IMG/VR virus record: IMGVR_UViG_3300005613_000025
Coordinates: 27,723 to 91,722 of that record
Reading direction: 5' to 3' (one strand)
Origin: a virus
Length of the DNA: 64,000 bases
Part shown: positions 30,761-41,121 of the stretch, piece by piece
Layout: each line of letters begins with the position of its first letter
Position numbering within the stretch: position 1 is the first letter of the stretch
Made by a program: the position numbers and the translations under genes
The notes under the pieces: model-generated
What the model was told of the DNA's origin: nothing
The model's input: only the letters and a program-made list of their open reading frames with translations
The model's database searches: none

Positions 30761-31491
30761 TAGAATTGAATAGAATATTCAACGAAGATTGTCGTGAAAC
30801 CATGTCAAGGATGGGTGATGATTCGATCGATCTTGTATTGACCTCACCACCATATAATATGATGACACAGGTCAAATATAACAAGTATATACGAAGGGTA
30901 TCACCAAAACACAGATCCAACAAATATCTTGATTTCAATGATGGATTGAAACCTGATGAATTTTATCGGACACACTCAGAGATACTTAAAGAACTTTTAA
31001 GGGTCTCTAAGTGTGTTCTTTATAATTTTCAGATTGTGAGTGGTTCAAAAGAAGCTTTCTTCAAGATAATAGGAGAATTCAATACTTATATCAAGGATAT
31101 AATAATATGGGATAAATGTAGGTCTCTTCCTGCAAGTAGAGAAAAAATATTGAACGCAGGATATGAGATGATACTTGTCATGGAGAACGACCAACATTTA
31201 GGTAGAACAATTCAAAATGCTCAATTTGCAAGATGTGAATTGGATAACATCCTAAGAATTGAAAGAAAAAAAGTTGTCATCGATGGTGAAAAACACAACG
31301 CTGTCTATCCAGAAGAACTTTGTCGTATCTTGATAGATGCGTTCTCCAAAGAGAACGATATTGTTTATGATCCGTTCAGTGGTACAGGAACCACATTGAA
31401 AATAGCAAAGGAAAGAAATAGGAATTTTATTGGAAGTGAAGTTTCAAGTGAATATTGTAAATTGATTGAAAAAAGGATAAGTCTGATTTAA
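30757..31491 (+). CDS. DNA methyltransferase (beta class, N4-C/N6-A)
   Basis: LTSPPY, H.AVYP, DPFSGTGTT. Confidence 0.93.
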   Translation: MIELNRIFNEDCRETMSRMGDDSIDLVLTSPPYNMMTQVKYNKYIRRVSPKHRSNKYLDFNDGLKPDEFYRTHSEILKELLRVSKCVLYNFQIVSGSKEAFFKIIGEFNTYIKDIIIWDKCRSLPASREKILNAGYEMILVMENDQHLGRTIQNAQFARCELDNILRIERKKVVIDGEKHNAVYPEELCRILIDAFSKENDIVYDPFSGTGTTLKIAKERNRNFIGSEVSSEYCKLIEKRISLI

Positions 31492-31517
31492 TATATAATG
31501 AAATCATACTTATCAAT

Positions 31518-32087
31518 ATGCAAAGATTTTCAAAGCTAAAACCAAAAACAGAATTCGAACCAAAAAAGGATGATGTTGTCTTCAAGACAGATCATATGTC
31601 ATTGATCGAGTATGAAGGATGGTCAATAGTAGATGAGCCTGATATGGTTGTTTGTATCATATACCTTATTCAAGAAAATCTTTTCATACTCAGACATGAG
31701 TATATACCAACATTCAAATATTGTGAAGGCCAGGAGTATCACATGACCGTATTGAGTGGTACAATGGAAAGAGGGGAAGATCCAAAGGTAACTTTATTGA
31801 GAGAAATTGAAGAAGAGGCCGGTATAGTAATATCTCCCGATATAGAGATAGAATTTGAAAAGCCTCTTTTTGTGTCGAAAGGCAATACTGCTAAATACCA
31901 CCCTGCAATAATAACATTGACCGAAAGTGATTATCACGAGATAATTCCACCAACTGATGGATCGAATGCAGAGAAGAAAAGTAAAACCGTAAAACTTGAA
32001 ACGAGATACTTGAATTCAATAAACTCATCAGATCTGATAACTGAATACATGCTCGATAAGTTCAAAAAATTCATAAATTTCCAATGA
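31518..32087 (+). CDS. Nudix hydrolase
   Basis: GTMERGEDPKVTLLREIEEEAG. Confidence 0.88.
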   Translation: MQRFSKLKPKTEFEPKKDDVVFKTDHMSLIEYEGWSIVDEPDMVVCIIYLIQENLFILRHEYIPTFKYCEGQEYHMTVLSGTMERGEDPKVTLLREIEEEAGIVISPDIEIEFEKPLFVSKGNTAKYHPAIITLTESDYHEIIPPTDGSNAEKKSKTVKLETRYLNSINSSDLITEYMLDKFKKFINFQ

Positions 32088-32143
32088 AACATTTAAATCG
32101 GAAATTATGTTTGATTTTTTAATATATAATAAAAATTGATGTA

Positions 32144-33031
32144 ATGATAATGAAAAAATTGAAATATTTTGGTGAATTTGTAAATGAAAATTATAACCAA
32201 TCATTAAATGAGGGTTTATTTGGTAAATTATTTGATTGGGCTGGTGGCATTTTAAAACTTGGAAAAGTTAAGAAAGCATTAGAGACATATGAAAAAGAGT
32301 TAATAGGCAACATTCAAGTTGATATGACTGATGAAAATGAAGACAAAATGGGCATCTTTGCAAAGATATTAAAGAAAGAATTCGAAATTGAGATAGCAAA
32401 GAAAAATAAACAAAATACAGAAGAATTTAAAAAACAATTAAATTTATTGAAAGAGGAAGAAAAAAATATAAAAGAATTTTTAGATAATGAAATTTCACAA
32501 GCAATAAAAAAGAAACCAAATATTAAATATAAAGCTACTAAACTTAAACTTGAAATGAATAAGAAAGGTATAGAAGCTAAAAGAAAGATATTGGAAAAAT
32601 TTCAAAAAGATGAAAAATACAAAGGAATATCATCGATAAGTGCTAAGCTAAAAGATATTAAAAATATTGAAAACAAAATGAATTCAGAATTGGCTAAAAT
32701 CGATAATATATCTAAAGGATATCAACCAGGTGATGTGGTTAAATATAAGTCTAAGGATGGTGGTGAAAATATAATATTAATAACAAAAGTCGAAAACGAT
32801 GATAGGGGTGAAATCAAAGATATAATGGCAAAAACATTAAAAGAAGGTGATGGAGAATTAAGAACTGAAAAAGAAATGCAAGAAAAAGATTCTTTTACAC
32901 CTATTAGAAATAATATTGGCGAAAAGATAACAGATGAAAAGGAATTATCAGATTTATTTGGTGGTGAAGAAGGTAGTTTAGATAAATATAAAGAATATAA
33001 AGAAAAAAATATAATAAAGTCTAAAGATTAA
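32144..33031 (+). CDS. Lys/Glu-rich probable virion-internal protein
   Basis: KLKYFGEFVNE..LNEG N-terminus; TAATATATA upstream. Confidence 0.6.
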   Translation: MIMKKLKYFGEFVNENYNQSLNEGLFGKLFDWAGGILKLGKVKKALETYEKELIGNIQVDMTDENEDKMGIFAKILKKEFEIEIAKKNKQNTEEFKKQLNLLKEEEKNIKEFLDNEISQAIKKKPNIKYKATKLKLEMNKKGIEAKRKILEKFQKDEKYKGISSISAKLKDIKNIENKMNSELAKIDNISKGYQPGDVVKYKSKDGGENIILITKVENDDRGEIKDIMAKTLKEGDGELRTEKEMQEKDSFTPIRNNIGEKITDEKELSDLFGGEEGSLDKYKEYKEKNIIKSKD

Positions 33032-33033
33032 TT

Positions 33034-33279
33034 ATGAAACATTTAAAAAGATTCAATGAAAGTATCAAGAATGAAATAATATCACACCTATCAGAAAAAG
33101 AAGGAGATATTGATTCAGAGGAGATACAAAATGTTTTTGATATACTCAATGAGTATGATGATGATCTGACCGGATTGACATCAATTGACAGTAAATTGAT
33201 ATCAAGATTATTGGATGATAAACGAATCATTTCAAGGATCGAGGCTGATGATTCTTTTAGTGATCCATTTGAATTTTAA
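33034..33279 (+). CDS. Small acidic protein
   Basis: MKHLKRFNES start. Confidence 0.65.
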   Translation: MKHLKRFNESIKNEIISHLSEKEGDIDSEEIQNVFDILNEYDDDLTGLTSIDSKLISRLLDDKRIISRIEADDSFSDPFEF

Positions 33280-33329
33280 ACTTTTTGTAAATAACATATA
33301 TAATCATTCAAATTATTAATATTACTGAA

Positions 33330-33800
33330 ATGAAAAATTATGTTACAAAAAAGGGATATGACCAACTACAATCTCAACTTGATAAACTTGTTCGTGTAGA
33401 TGCACGAGAGGCAATTGAAATGATAGCAGATGCCAAGGACAAAGGTGATCTTTCTGAGAATGCTGAGTATGAAGCTGCAAAAGCTTATCAAGAATCGGTT
33501 CAAATAAAAATACACCAACTTTCTGAAAAATTGAGAAACAGTGAGATAATTTCGACTCCGAAAGATGTCACATCTGTTGGTATGTTGACACAAGTTGAAT
33601 TGAAAAATCACACGAACGGTCAGAACATGATCTGGTCATTGGTTCCAGAGAATGAAATAGATATTAAAAATGGTAAGATATCATTCAATTCTCCGATAGC
33701 TGCCGGACTGATAGGAAGAAAGGTGGGTGAGATGGTTGATGTGAAAGTTCCTGTTGGTGAGATGCGATTTGAAATACTCGCCATCAAACCACACCTTTGA
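33330..33800 (+). CDS. greA: Transcription elongation factor GreA
   Basis: GDLSENAEYEAAK, ISFNSPIAAGLIG. Confidence 0.96.
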   Translation: MKNYVTKKGYDQLQSQLDKLVRVDAREAIEMIADAKDKGDLSENAEYEAAKAYQESVQIKIHQLSEKLRNSEIISTPKDVTSVGMLTQVELKNHTNGQNMIWSLVPENEIDIKNGKISFNSPIAAGLIGRKVGEMVDVKVPVGEMRFEILAIKPHL

Positions 33801-33836
33801 TTTTTTTAATTCAAAAAAAATTCATATATTAGTGGT

Positions 33837-34274
33837 ATGAAAAAATTCAGTTTTGACATACATGGAGTGATTGATGCGACCCCTGATATGTTTTCATTCC
33901 TGACATCAATATTGGTTGATTCTGGTTGTGAGGTACATATTCTTACTGGTGGATCTTGGAACGAACAACTTGAATCACAATTACGAGAAATGAACATAAA
34001 ATGGACACATAGTTTCTCTGTGTATGACCATCTCATAGAAAATAACACACCAACAAAAGGACATGTTGAATTTCCTGATGGGACGGTTCAAAAAAAATTT
34101 ATTGATGGATATTGGGATAAAGTGAAGGGTGAATATTGTAAGAAACATAATATTGACCTTCATATTGATGATACTCTGATATATAATGATTTCTTTTCTA
34201 CGCCATTCGCAAGGTTCTGGTCACATAATAACAAACCAAAGGCAAAACATAAAGATGTGAGATTATTGAAATGA
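33837..34274 (+). CDS. HAD-like protein
   Basis: FDIHGVID, LTG, K..IDLHIDD. Confidence 0.7.
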   Translation: MKKFSFDIHGVIDATPDMFSFLTSILVDSGCEVHILTGGSWNEQLESQLREMNIKWTHSFSVYDHLIENNTPTKGHVEFPDGTVQKKFIDGYWDKVKGEYCKKHNIDLHIDDTLIYNDFFSTPFARFWSHNNKPKAKHKDVRLLK

Positions 34275-34277
34275 ATA

Positions 34278-34559
34278 TCAATTTCCACTGAAAGAGTCAG
34301 AAAATTTTCCACCTTCTACCCACTTTCCCTTTTTATCATCCCAGTTCACATAATTGACATCTGGGTTTTTTCTTATGAATTCGACATATTTTTCTGCCTT
34401 TTCATCTTCACTCTTTTTTAAAAGATCGTTATAAATTTTTCTTTTTGCCGGGTGTTTATCTATGATACCCAAAGCTTCTTCTCGAGATTTCTTACCGAAT
34501 CCTAAGAAACCTTCATTTGTTGGATTTTCAAAAGATTCAAATGTTGTCAAATGCTTCAT
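34278..34559 (-). CDS. Small probable virion-internal protein
   Basis: MKHLTTFESFE..NEG start. Confidence 0.65.
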   Translation of the reverse strand: MKHLTTFESFENPTNEGFLGFGKKSREEALGIIDKHPAKRKIYNDLLKKSEDEKAEKYVEFIRKNPDVNYVNWDDKKGKWVEGGKFSDSFSGN

Positions 34560-34610
34560 TTCAAAATAATATATTTTTAATTATATATTAAGTTAAAAAT
34601 ACCTTTATTT

Positions 34611-35012
34611 TCAAATTTCAGATAAAACTTGCCTATCATATTCTGATAGGCTTTCTATTCCATGTAAATTTATTTTATCCAATACTATATCAACCGTCAA
34701 ATTAGAATTTATATAATCTTGTTTTATGAGATCGAATTCAGTATCATCAAAGTCAATATTGTCAGTGATGACATCGAATGTTACATCGTTGAACTCAAAT
34801 TTGATCTCATTGTCAAAAAATACATTGATGAAGAAATCCAGATCGGTTTCGTTAATATACACATAAGATATTAAATGGTCAGTAGATACCCATTTATCCA
34901 ATGTGTCGCCTGGCATATTATGAAGTTTTTCTAAAATTGTAATAGGCAAATTATTTTCGATGAAAGAAATCCTTTTTTTGGTTTCAAATATGTCGAACCT
35001 ATAGAACCTCAT
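34611..35012 (-). CDS. Hypothetical protein with DUF6576-like C-terminus
   Basis: VDIVLDKINLHGIESLSEYDRQVL. Confidence 0.6.
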   Translation of the reverse strand: MRFYRFDIFETKKRISFIENNLPITILEKLHNMPGDTLDKWVSTDHLISYVYINETDLDFFINVFFDNEIKFEFNDVTFDVITDNIDFDDTEFDLIKQDYINSNLTVDIVLDKINLHGIESLSEYDRQVLSEI

Positions 35013-35641
35013 CTTAATTGAGCGAAATTTTGCACGAACTTAATGTTTTGGCAATTATCAACCTGAACGACAGCGACAATATTCCATTTTTCATTGAAAA
35101 TGTTTTTTCTGTGACCTTTGTTATCATTGTTGCTATCAATTATGAATTGTAACATCGTATCGATAACTTCATCACTTGTGGAGATATTCTCACCCCATGA
35201 TAAATGATCGGTTTGTGAGTTATCGATGTGCTTGATCGAATCATTTTTTTCATTTTGTTTGAAGTTATGATTCTTCATTGTATTATACATCGTGGTGTCG
35301 AATTTGAGAGGAGATACTGGTGAAACGGTATCTAGAAAAGAAATGGTCTCATCAATATCTCGAATTATGTTTCGTTTTTCAAATTTTTCAGATTGTGATG
35401 TTTTAAAAGATACCATGATATTTTCTGATATCTTTTTCTTCAATTCATCGACCAAACTCATCGTATTGTTTTGGTTCTCATACTCAAGTTCTTTATTTTT
35501 AAGTGAGTCGAGCATTGGTATGAATGATCTAGGTGATGTTCTGATTTGATTTATAAGGTTCAACATTTTAACTTCTTCGATTGTCTGTGTGAAAGAAACA
35601 AATGGAAGTATGATCAAAAGAAGTGTCAGTGATTTTTTCAT
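35009..35641 (-). CDS. Secreted CAP-domain protein
   Basis: Signal peptide; LINQIR, GENI, GHRKNI, VQNF. Confidence 0.85.
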   Translation of the reverse strand: MKKSLTLLLIILPFVSFTQTIEEVKMLNLINQIRTSPRSFIPMLDSLKNKELEYENQNNTMSLVDELKKKISENIMVSFKTSQSEKFEKRNIIRDIDETISFLDTVSPVSPLKFDTTMYNTMKNHNFKQNEKNDSIKHIDNSQTDHLSWGENISTSDEVIDTMLQFIIDSNNDNKGHRKNIFNEKWNIVAVVQVDNCQNIKFVQNFAQLR

Positions 35642-35683
35642 ACTTTAAATATATGAAATATTTTTAACATATCCAAAAAGATG

Positions 35684-36808
35684 TCATCTGCGTTTAACTC
35701 GTTTTTTCTTGAAATCTTCACAACCACCAGCCTTGCATGTCGAAAAAATTGTCGTTACAGGATTATTATTTATTGAATTTTTGCTCTTTTTCGTTTTTTT
35801 GGATTTTTTCTTTTTACCATATACTTTTGTCATCATCAGGTCATATAATATAACGGAGCTTTTATCATTATCAATATCAAACACTGGATCCTTTGCCTCT
35901 ATATCTTCATCAAAATCCGTGAAATATATTTTGATATTTACATATCTGGCTTCAGGATCTTGCTCTTGTGATGAACCTAATTCACCTTTACCCTGTTCAT
36001 ATAATATGTTTTGGTCAATCATTGGCAATCCTTTCTCTGGAACACCTTTTCCCTTTAAAAATTCTACTATTTCAGATCTTACTTTGTTATTTCTTACAGT
36101 CGATAATCCTTTATTATCACCAGAAACTCCTAAATTCATTAACTTTTTTGATAAATTTTCAGAAACTCTTTGTTTATCTGTTGATGATTCTATTTCAATT
36201 TTCAATATGGTACCACCAGATGAATTTAACAATTCTAAAGTCCTGTGTATATTTTCCTTGAATTTTTCTGTAATATCAAATGAACCGATCTCGAAAGCTT
36301 CTTTTGATTTTACATCTATGTCCAATGAATCAAACGCAATTTGAATATCTTTTTCCAATTTTTTTTCTTTATATAAGTTATCAATATCTTTATTCAAGGT
36401 ATCTATATCTATCGATGAAATGGCCCAACCATTTCTCAATTTTTCTCTGATCTCGTTCAGATCAGAAACTTTTTGAGTTCTGAATCTTTCTCCTTTTTTG
36501 AAATTATCAAGTCTTAATATGACCTCATCTGCATTTTTTTCAATTTTTTTAGCAGCATCTTCCATACCATGTTTCTCCAATTCAGATATAATTGATTTTT
36601 TCTTTTGCTCATCTTTTAAAATGTTTTCAATTTGAGCAGCATTATCTCTTAATTTTTCTTTGTTCTGTGCAATACTATAATCGGAAAGAACACCGGTCAG
36701 AAGTCCAATGCTCAAAAGTATCTCTTTCAAGCCTTCATTCAATGATTCGGACTTTGTTATTTTTGATTCGATAATGAACTGATTATATCTCTTAACTCTC
36801 ATAAACAT
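35684..36808 (-). CDS. Hypothetical protein, possible degenerate OmpA-like domain
   Basis: IEIESSTD..NKGLSTVR..ARYVNI pattern; N-terminal Y.QFIIE. Confidence 0.5.
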   Translation of the reverse strand: MFMRVKRYNQFIIESKITKSESLNEGLKEILLSIGLLTGVLSDYSIAQNKEKLRDNAAQIENILKDEQKKKSIISELEKHGMEDAAKKIEKNADEVILRLDNFKKGERFRTQKVSDLNEIREKLRNGWAISSIDIDTLNKDIDNLYKEKKLEKDIQIAFDSLDIDVKSKEAFEIGSFDITEKFKENIHRTLELLNSSGGTILKIEIESSTDKQRVSENLSKKLMNLGVSGDNKGLSTVRNNKVRSEIVEFLKGKGVPEKGLPMIDQNILYEQGKGELGSSQEQDPEARYVNIKIYFTDFDEDIEAKDPVFDIDNDKSSVILYDLMMTKVYGKKKKSKKTKKSKNSINNNPVTTIFSTCKAGGCEDFKKKRVKRR

Positions 36809-36856
36809 ATATATTAAATTTCAGATCACTTAATTTTTTTTTATTATATTTGTTTT

Positions 36857-37342
36857 ATGAAAATGACATCAAAACAACTATTGGATAGACACGATGAGAT
36901 AAAGGACCGTATCTCAAAAAAGTATGGATTTTTTCTTTATTTTCTTTTACAGAACATTTTCAACATCTCGAAACTTGAAGAACTTGTCGAGTCAAAAGGA
37001 TTCAGTGTGAAAAGAAAAAAAGTTGGATATGATATATTATCTGAAATATATGATGGTGAGAAACATATCGGTCTTATACAATCAACTGCCGGTTGGCCAA
37101 CCATTGAACTTTTAAAGTTCAAAGGAAACAAAAAAATTGCAAGATCACTTGCCGAGTCTGATATTATCATAGAACCGGTTGAAGGATATCATAGGATCCT
37201 TGATTGGCACGATGTGTGTGGTAAATTACATATATTGGCCGGTGGTCAGATAATACTGAATTCTCTGCCCCATGAACTTAAAGATCAACATGTTTCAAAA
37301 TTCATAAATGATAATAATTTAACATCTTTAATAGGGAAATGA
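36857..37342 (+). CDS. Hypothetical protein
   Basis: ORF behind TATATTTG, translationally coupled to 37339. Confidence 0.6.
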   Translation: MKMTSKQLLDRHDEIKDRISKKYGFFLYFLLQNIFNISKLEELVESKGFSVKRKKVGYDILSEIYDGEKHIGLIQSTAGWPTIELLKFKGNKKIARSLAESDIIIEPVEGYHRILDWHDVCGKLHILAGGQIILNSLPHELKDQHVSKFINDNNLTSLIGK

Positions 37343-37725
37343 AACAACAACTCAGAAAACTAAAGCTTTATGAATTGGGTATTGCTGAATGGCCTTATGC
37401 GACCTCCTATGAAGAGATGAAAGAAGTGGTCGAGCGTAACTTGGAAGGATGTGTTATCAAGACATCCGATGAGTATCCAGGTTCTTATTTTTTCACGCAA
37501 GGAAAAAAGGTTATCATGGAACAAAATCAAAAAAATGATGTTCTATGGGTGAGGTATGATGGGTTTTGGTCCATTTTTTCAAACGACTTTTCCTTGGAAA
37601 GGACTGACATTCAAGCAATTATAAAGTTCCTGGTGGAACAACACCTCAAATCAAAGATAGGAACACCGGCTAGCACCTTCACTCATTTCAGTAAGCGGTG
37701 GAACAACACCTCAAATCAAAGATAG
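37339..37725 (+). CDS. Array-associated small protein B
   Basis: Paralog of 28050..28538, clearly similar up to VEQHLKSKIGTP. Confidence 0.75.
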   Translation: MKQQLRKLKLYELGIAEWPYATSYEEMKEVVERNLEGCVIKTSDEYPGSYFFTQGKKVIMEQNQKNDVLWVRYDGFWSIFSNDFSLERTDIQAIIKFLVEQHLKSKIGTPASTFTHFSKRWNNTSNQR

Positions 37726-37856
37726 GAACACCCCGCATTCATCTCGTTGGCGAAGTAGTTGTGGTGGAACAACACCTCAAATCAAAGATAGGAACACCAT
37801 GGCTTAGGTCACAAAGAGTTAACGGGCAGGTGGAACAACATCTCAGATAAAGGTAA
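37632..37856. CRISPR. CRISPR-like mini-array 2: three full repeats plus one degenerate; spacers 29/30/30 bp
   Basis: GGTGGAACAACACCTCAAATCAAAGATAGGAACACC at 37632, 37697 and 37763; degenerate copy from 37829. Confidence 0.75.
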
Positions 37857-37867
37857 TATAAGGATTC

Positions 37868-38227
37868 TTATCCTCTCGGAATCTTCATATCAGATACAAT
37901 ATCAACTTTGAAAGCAAATCCACTATCGTCCTGTGAATAACTTGTGTTTGAATCATAATCACCACCGAATGTTGCAGGTCTTGGTGCATTCATTTTTCTG
38001 ATCTTTTCCTGTCTTTCTCTTTCAATTCGTTGATCTTCCAACCTACAAAGTTCCGCGTATGACATATCACCTTTCGGATCATTCGGTGCATGTTGTGTCT
38101 GTGTGTATGTATCTGATTGTGGTTTATAACCATACTTCCTTAATAGTTGTTCTTTCTCCCACTCCTGTATATCAGCAGGTCTTACTTCATCAGTTTGTTG
38201 GTCAATAATTCTAACTTGCGCTCTCAT
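37868..38227 (-). CDS. Hypothetical protein
   Basis: ORF with TAATATATA just upstream. Confidence 0.6.
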   Translation of the reverse strand: MRAQVRIIDQQTDEVRPADIQEWEKEQLLRKYGYKPQSDTYTQTQHAPNDPKGDMSYAELCRLEDQRIERERQEKIRKMNAPRPATFGGDYDSNTSYSQDDSGFAFKVDIVSDMKIPRG

Positions 38228-38275
38228 AATATGTATATATTAAAAACCAGAATCGAAATTTAATATATACACATT

Positions 38276-39553
38276 ATGGAAAAGAAATTGTTACCATACC
38301 TGGTTGTCATATCAGGTCTTTCAGTTACATTATCAGCAGCGTTCTATTCGATAACAGGTCTTGGTAAAATGTTTGCCGGTGCTTCGATGCAAGTAATGAT
38401 AATGGTCGGATCTCTTGAAATTGCAAAACTGGTACTTGCCTCATTGATATATCAATATTGGAAAGATATTTCCAATTGGTTGAGATTCTATTATATTATT
38501 GCTGTTTTCGTTCTGATGGCAATCACATCAGGAGGTATTTATGGATACTTATCTGCAGCTTATTCAGAAACAAAGAATAAAATGACAAACATTGATAAAC
38601 GAATTGAAGTTCTTGATACTAAAAGAAGCATGTTCTCAGAGAAATTGGCATCATATCAGGTAGAAAAAGATATGAATAACGAACGGATAAACCAACTCAC
38701 AGAAGGTCTTTCAAATAACAAGATACAATACAAGGACCGTGAAACTGGACAGATAATAACAACAACATCATCATCTAACAGAAAGGCATTTGAAAAGCAA
38801 CTTGAGTCTGCACAACAAAGAAGGGATGTAATAAATGAGAATATCACCGCAATGACAGATTCGATATCAAATATAGATATCAAAAAGCTTGAGATCGAGA
38901 CGAATTCAGATATAGCATCTGAGATAGGTCCGTTGAAGTACATAGCCGAACTTACGGGTAGGACAATTGATCAGGTTGTCAATTGGTTCATACTTGCATT
39001 GATGTTTGTTTTCGACCCATTGGCAGTTTCACTTATAATAGGAGCAAATATGATATTTTCAAAGATATCAAGTGAAAAGGAAAAAGAGAAGATCGCTGAG
39101 AACATTGATGAGAAAATTGCAGAATTCAAGAAAAAGGAAGATGAGTTCAAAGAGTTTGAGAAGAATTACAGTGATAAGTTGAATGATATCGAGAACCGTG
39201 AAAAAGAGATTGAAAAGATCAAGCAGGAAATTGAATCCAAGAAATCACAACTTGATGAATCAAATACTGAAATGTCCGAGTCGATAAAAAATGAAAGAAG
39301 ACGGCTGCAGAACATTGAGTACGATCTCACAGAGGAAAGAGCAAAGTTCAAAGAAGAAAGGGACAAATACAAACATATTGTAGAAAATCTCGAGAGTGAA
39401 AAACAGAAAATAGAAGAAGAAAAAAAGAAACTTGAATTTCAAAAACAAGATCTGAAAAGACTTGATGATGAGATCAAAAAGTGGGAATCAACACATTGGA
39501 AAATGAGAAGAGGTAAATATCCAGAATCTGCCATTGTGAATGAAAAGAAATGA
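38276..39553 (+). CDS. Multi-pass membrane protein with long coiled coils
   Basis: Three N-terminal TM segments, EIGPLKY, FVFDPLAV, heptad-rich tail. Confidence 0.75.
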   Translation: MEKKLLPYLVVISGLSVTLSAAFYSITGLGKMFAGASMQVMIMVGSLEIAKLVLASLIYQYWKDISNWLRFYYIIAVFVLMAITSGGIYGYLSAAYSETKNKMTNIDKRIEVLDTKRSMFSEKLASYQVEKDMNNERINQLTEGLSNNKIQYKDRETGQIITTTSSSNRKAFEKQLESAQQRRDVINENITAMTDSISNIDIKKLEIETNSDIASEIGPLKYIAELTGRTIDQVVNWFILALMFVFDPLAVSLIIGANMIFSKISSEKEKEKIAENIDEKIAEFKKKEDEFKEFEKNYSDKLNDIENREKEIEKIKQEIESKKSQLDESNTEMSESIKNERRRLQNIEYDLTEERAKFKEERDKYKHIVENLESEKQKIEEEKKKLEFQKQDLKRLDDEIKKWESTHWKMRRGKYPESAIVNEKK

Positions 39554-40324
39554 TCAAGAATCAACAGAAGCTCCTTTTGACATATAATCTTCATAATCGA
39601 ACATTACATGCTTGACCATATTCTTATCAATTCTTCCTTTATTGGTCTGTTTATTAAAATATGCAACTACATGCATCTCATCATATTGTGGCATGAAAAT
39701 GGTCATGTATATGTGTGTGATATCTGGATCATCAGCCTCTGGACTTACTTCGAGATATTTATTGAAGAATTCTTTATCCATTCCTTTTTCGATATAAAAC
39801 TCTCTCAATTCTTCTATGAATTTTTTCAATTCGGTCGGATTATTTGAAAATTCCTGATAAAATTTAGCAACATCAGGATTGTTATGTTTTCTTTTTATGT
39901 GAAGTAACAACTTTAAAACGCCAGACTTACCATATTTGACCTGTGTTCCAGGATATCTACTGAGTTCAACATTTTGGAATTCATAATCAGTACCATCAAG
40001 GAATATTTTCAATCGATCATCAAAAAGTTGAATGTCAGAATTTATTTCCGATATGAATTTTTTCAGTTCATCGAATGAAAAATTCTCTTTATAATCATAG
40101 GTCTTTGAGAAAAAAATCTTTGAATGAACATATTCCCCGTCAATATAATTCCAATTTGTAGATATCGAGAAAAGTTCATCTATGAGTTCATCAAAATAAT
40201 CTTCAATGAGTTCTTTTTTTATAGCCTCCTTTTTGACCAGATCTTGATACTCTTGGGTATCTTCAAATCTGGCAGCGTATTGCCATTTTTTATTCTCAGT
40301 GATGAATCTTATATAACTTTTCAT
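39554..40324 (-). CDS. Hypothetical protein (probable virion-internal)
   Basis: MKSYIRFITEN start. Confidence 0.6.
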   Translation of the reverse strand: MKSYIRFITENKKWQYAARFEDTQEYQDLVKKEAIKKELIEDYFDELIDELFSISTNWNYIDGEYVHSKIFFSKTYDYKENFSFDELKKFISEINSDIQLFDDRLKIFLDGTDYEFQNVELSRYPGTQVKYGKSGVLKLLLHIKRKHNNPDVAKFYQEFSNNPTELKKFIEELREFYIEKGMDKEFFNKYLEVSPEADDPDITHIYMTIFMPQYDEMHVVAYFNKQTNKGRIDKNMVKHVMFDYEDYMSKGASVDS

Positions 40325-40341
40325 ATATGTATATATTAATT

Positions 40342-41121
40342 CTAAACAAAGATTTTTTTCAGATCGATCTTGGATGTTATTTCGATCACAGATTCATCTT
40401 TTTTCAAAGAATATTCACTCATATGTTTGAATATCGATATTATATCTTTGATACGATTCTTTTCGTCCTTACTGATGTCATTGGTGAAAACTTCTAAGAG
40501 ATTGTCTATTTCTGAATAGGAGAGTTTATTCTTATGTCCAAGAAAATAAACGAAATCATAGTTCATTGACTCGTATTTTTTTACCATGTTCTGATCTGAC
40601 ATACTCAGTAGAAATTCTGTGAGTGAGTTCTCAGCACCTATTGATGGCACAGAATACCGAAATCCATCTATTATGAATTCTTTTGTTGTTTCATTATAAT
40701 ATTTCATAATGTTATTGTCCAATGGCATGTAATTGAAATTTTCAGGACCGAATTCAACTTCACATCGTTGCCCATATTCATCTTTATACTCGATCATTAT
40801 TGGTCTTTTATTCGTGAATTTTGCAATTTCCAAGAAAATAAAAACAATATCAGCACTTTTAATGTCATCAAATGTGTAACCGTCACTCAATATGGCGCAT
40901 TTTTCAACAACCCTTTTCAATTTTTCGATGACCATTGATACTGAATCCAATGTAAAATCATATTCGTATTCAATGATATCTTCCATATCGGCCTTTCTTA
41001 TTGATATCTCAAAATCGTCTTTGTAAAAAACTCCTCTGGTCGGGAGATTTCGAGTGTTTATCACTTTTCTTTTATTTATTACCTGTAATAGTATATTTGA
41101 GAGATTCATAAAGTAATTCAT
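40342..41121 (-). CDS. Baseplate hub protein-like (paralog of 51354..52292)
   Basis: LPTRGVFY..IRKA..EY, D..FIFLEI, PSIG, shared with 51354. Confidence 0.55.
   Translation of the reverse strand: MNYFMNLSNILLQVINKRKVINTRNLPTRGVFYKDDFEISIRKADMEDIIEYEYDFTLDSVSMVIEKLKRVVEKCAILSDGYTFDDIKSADIVFIFLEIAKFTNKRPIMIEYKDEYGQRCEVEFGPENFNYMPLDNNIMKYYNETTKEFIIDGFRYSVPSIGAENSLTEFLLSMSDQNMVKKYESMNYDFVYFLGHKNKLSYSEIDNLLEVFTNDISKDEKNRIKDIISIFKHMSEYSLKKDESVIEITSKIDLKKIFV

Noticed and set aside
35709-36344. Long antisense ORFs (this one and others such as 817..1224 and 48461..48913)
   Set aside because: Shadows of real genes on the opposite strand, with Ser/Phe/Ile-rich composition.
28050-37856. Diversity-generating retroelement explanation for the two paralogous repeat loci
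   Set aside because: No reverse transcriptase in the window, and the variable segments are unrelated sequences rather than adenine-specific variants of a template.
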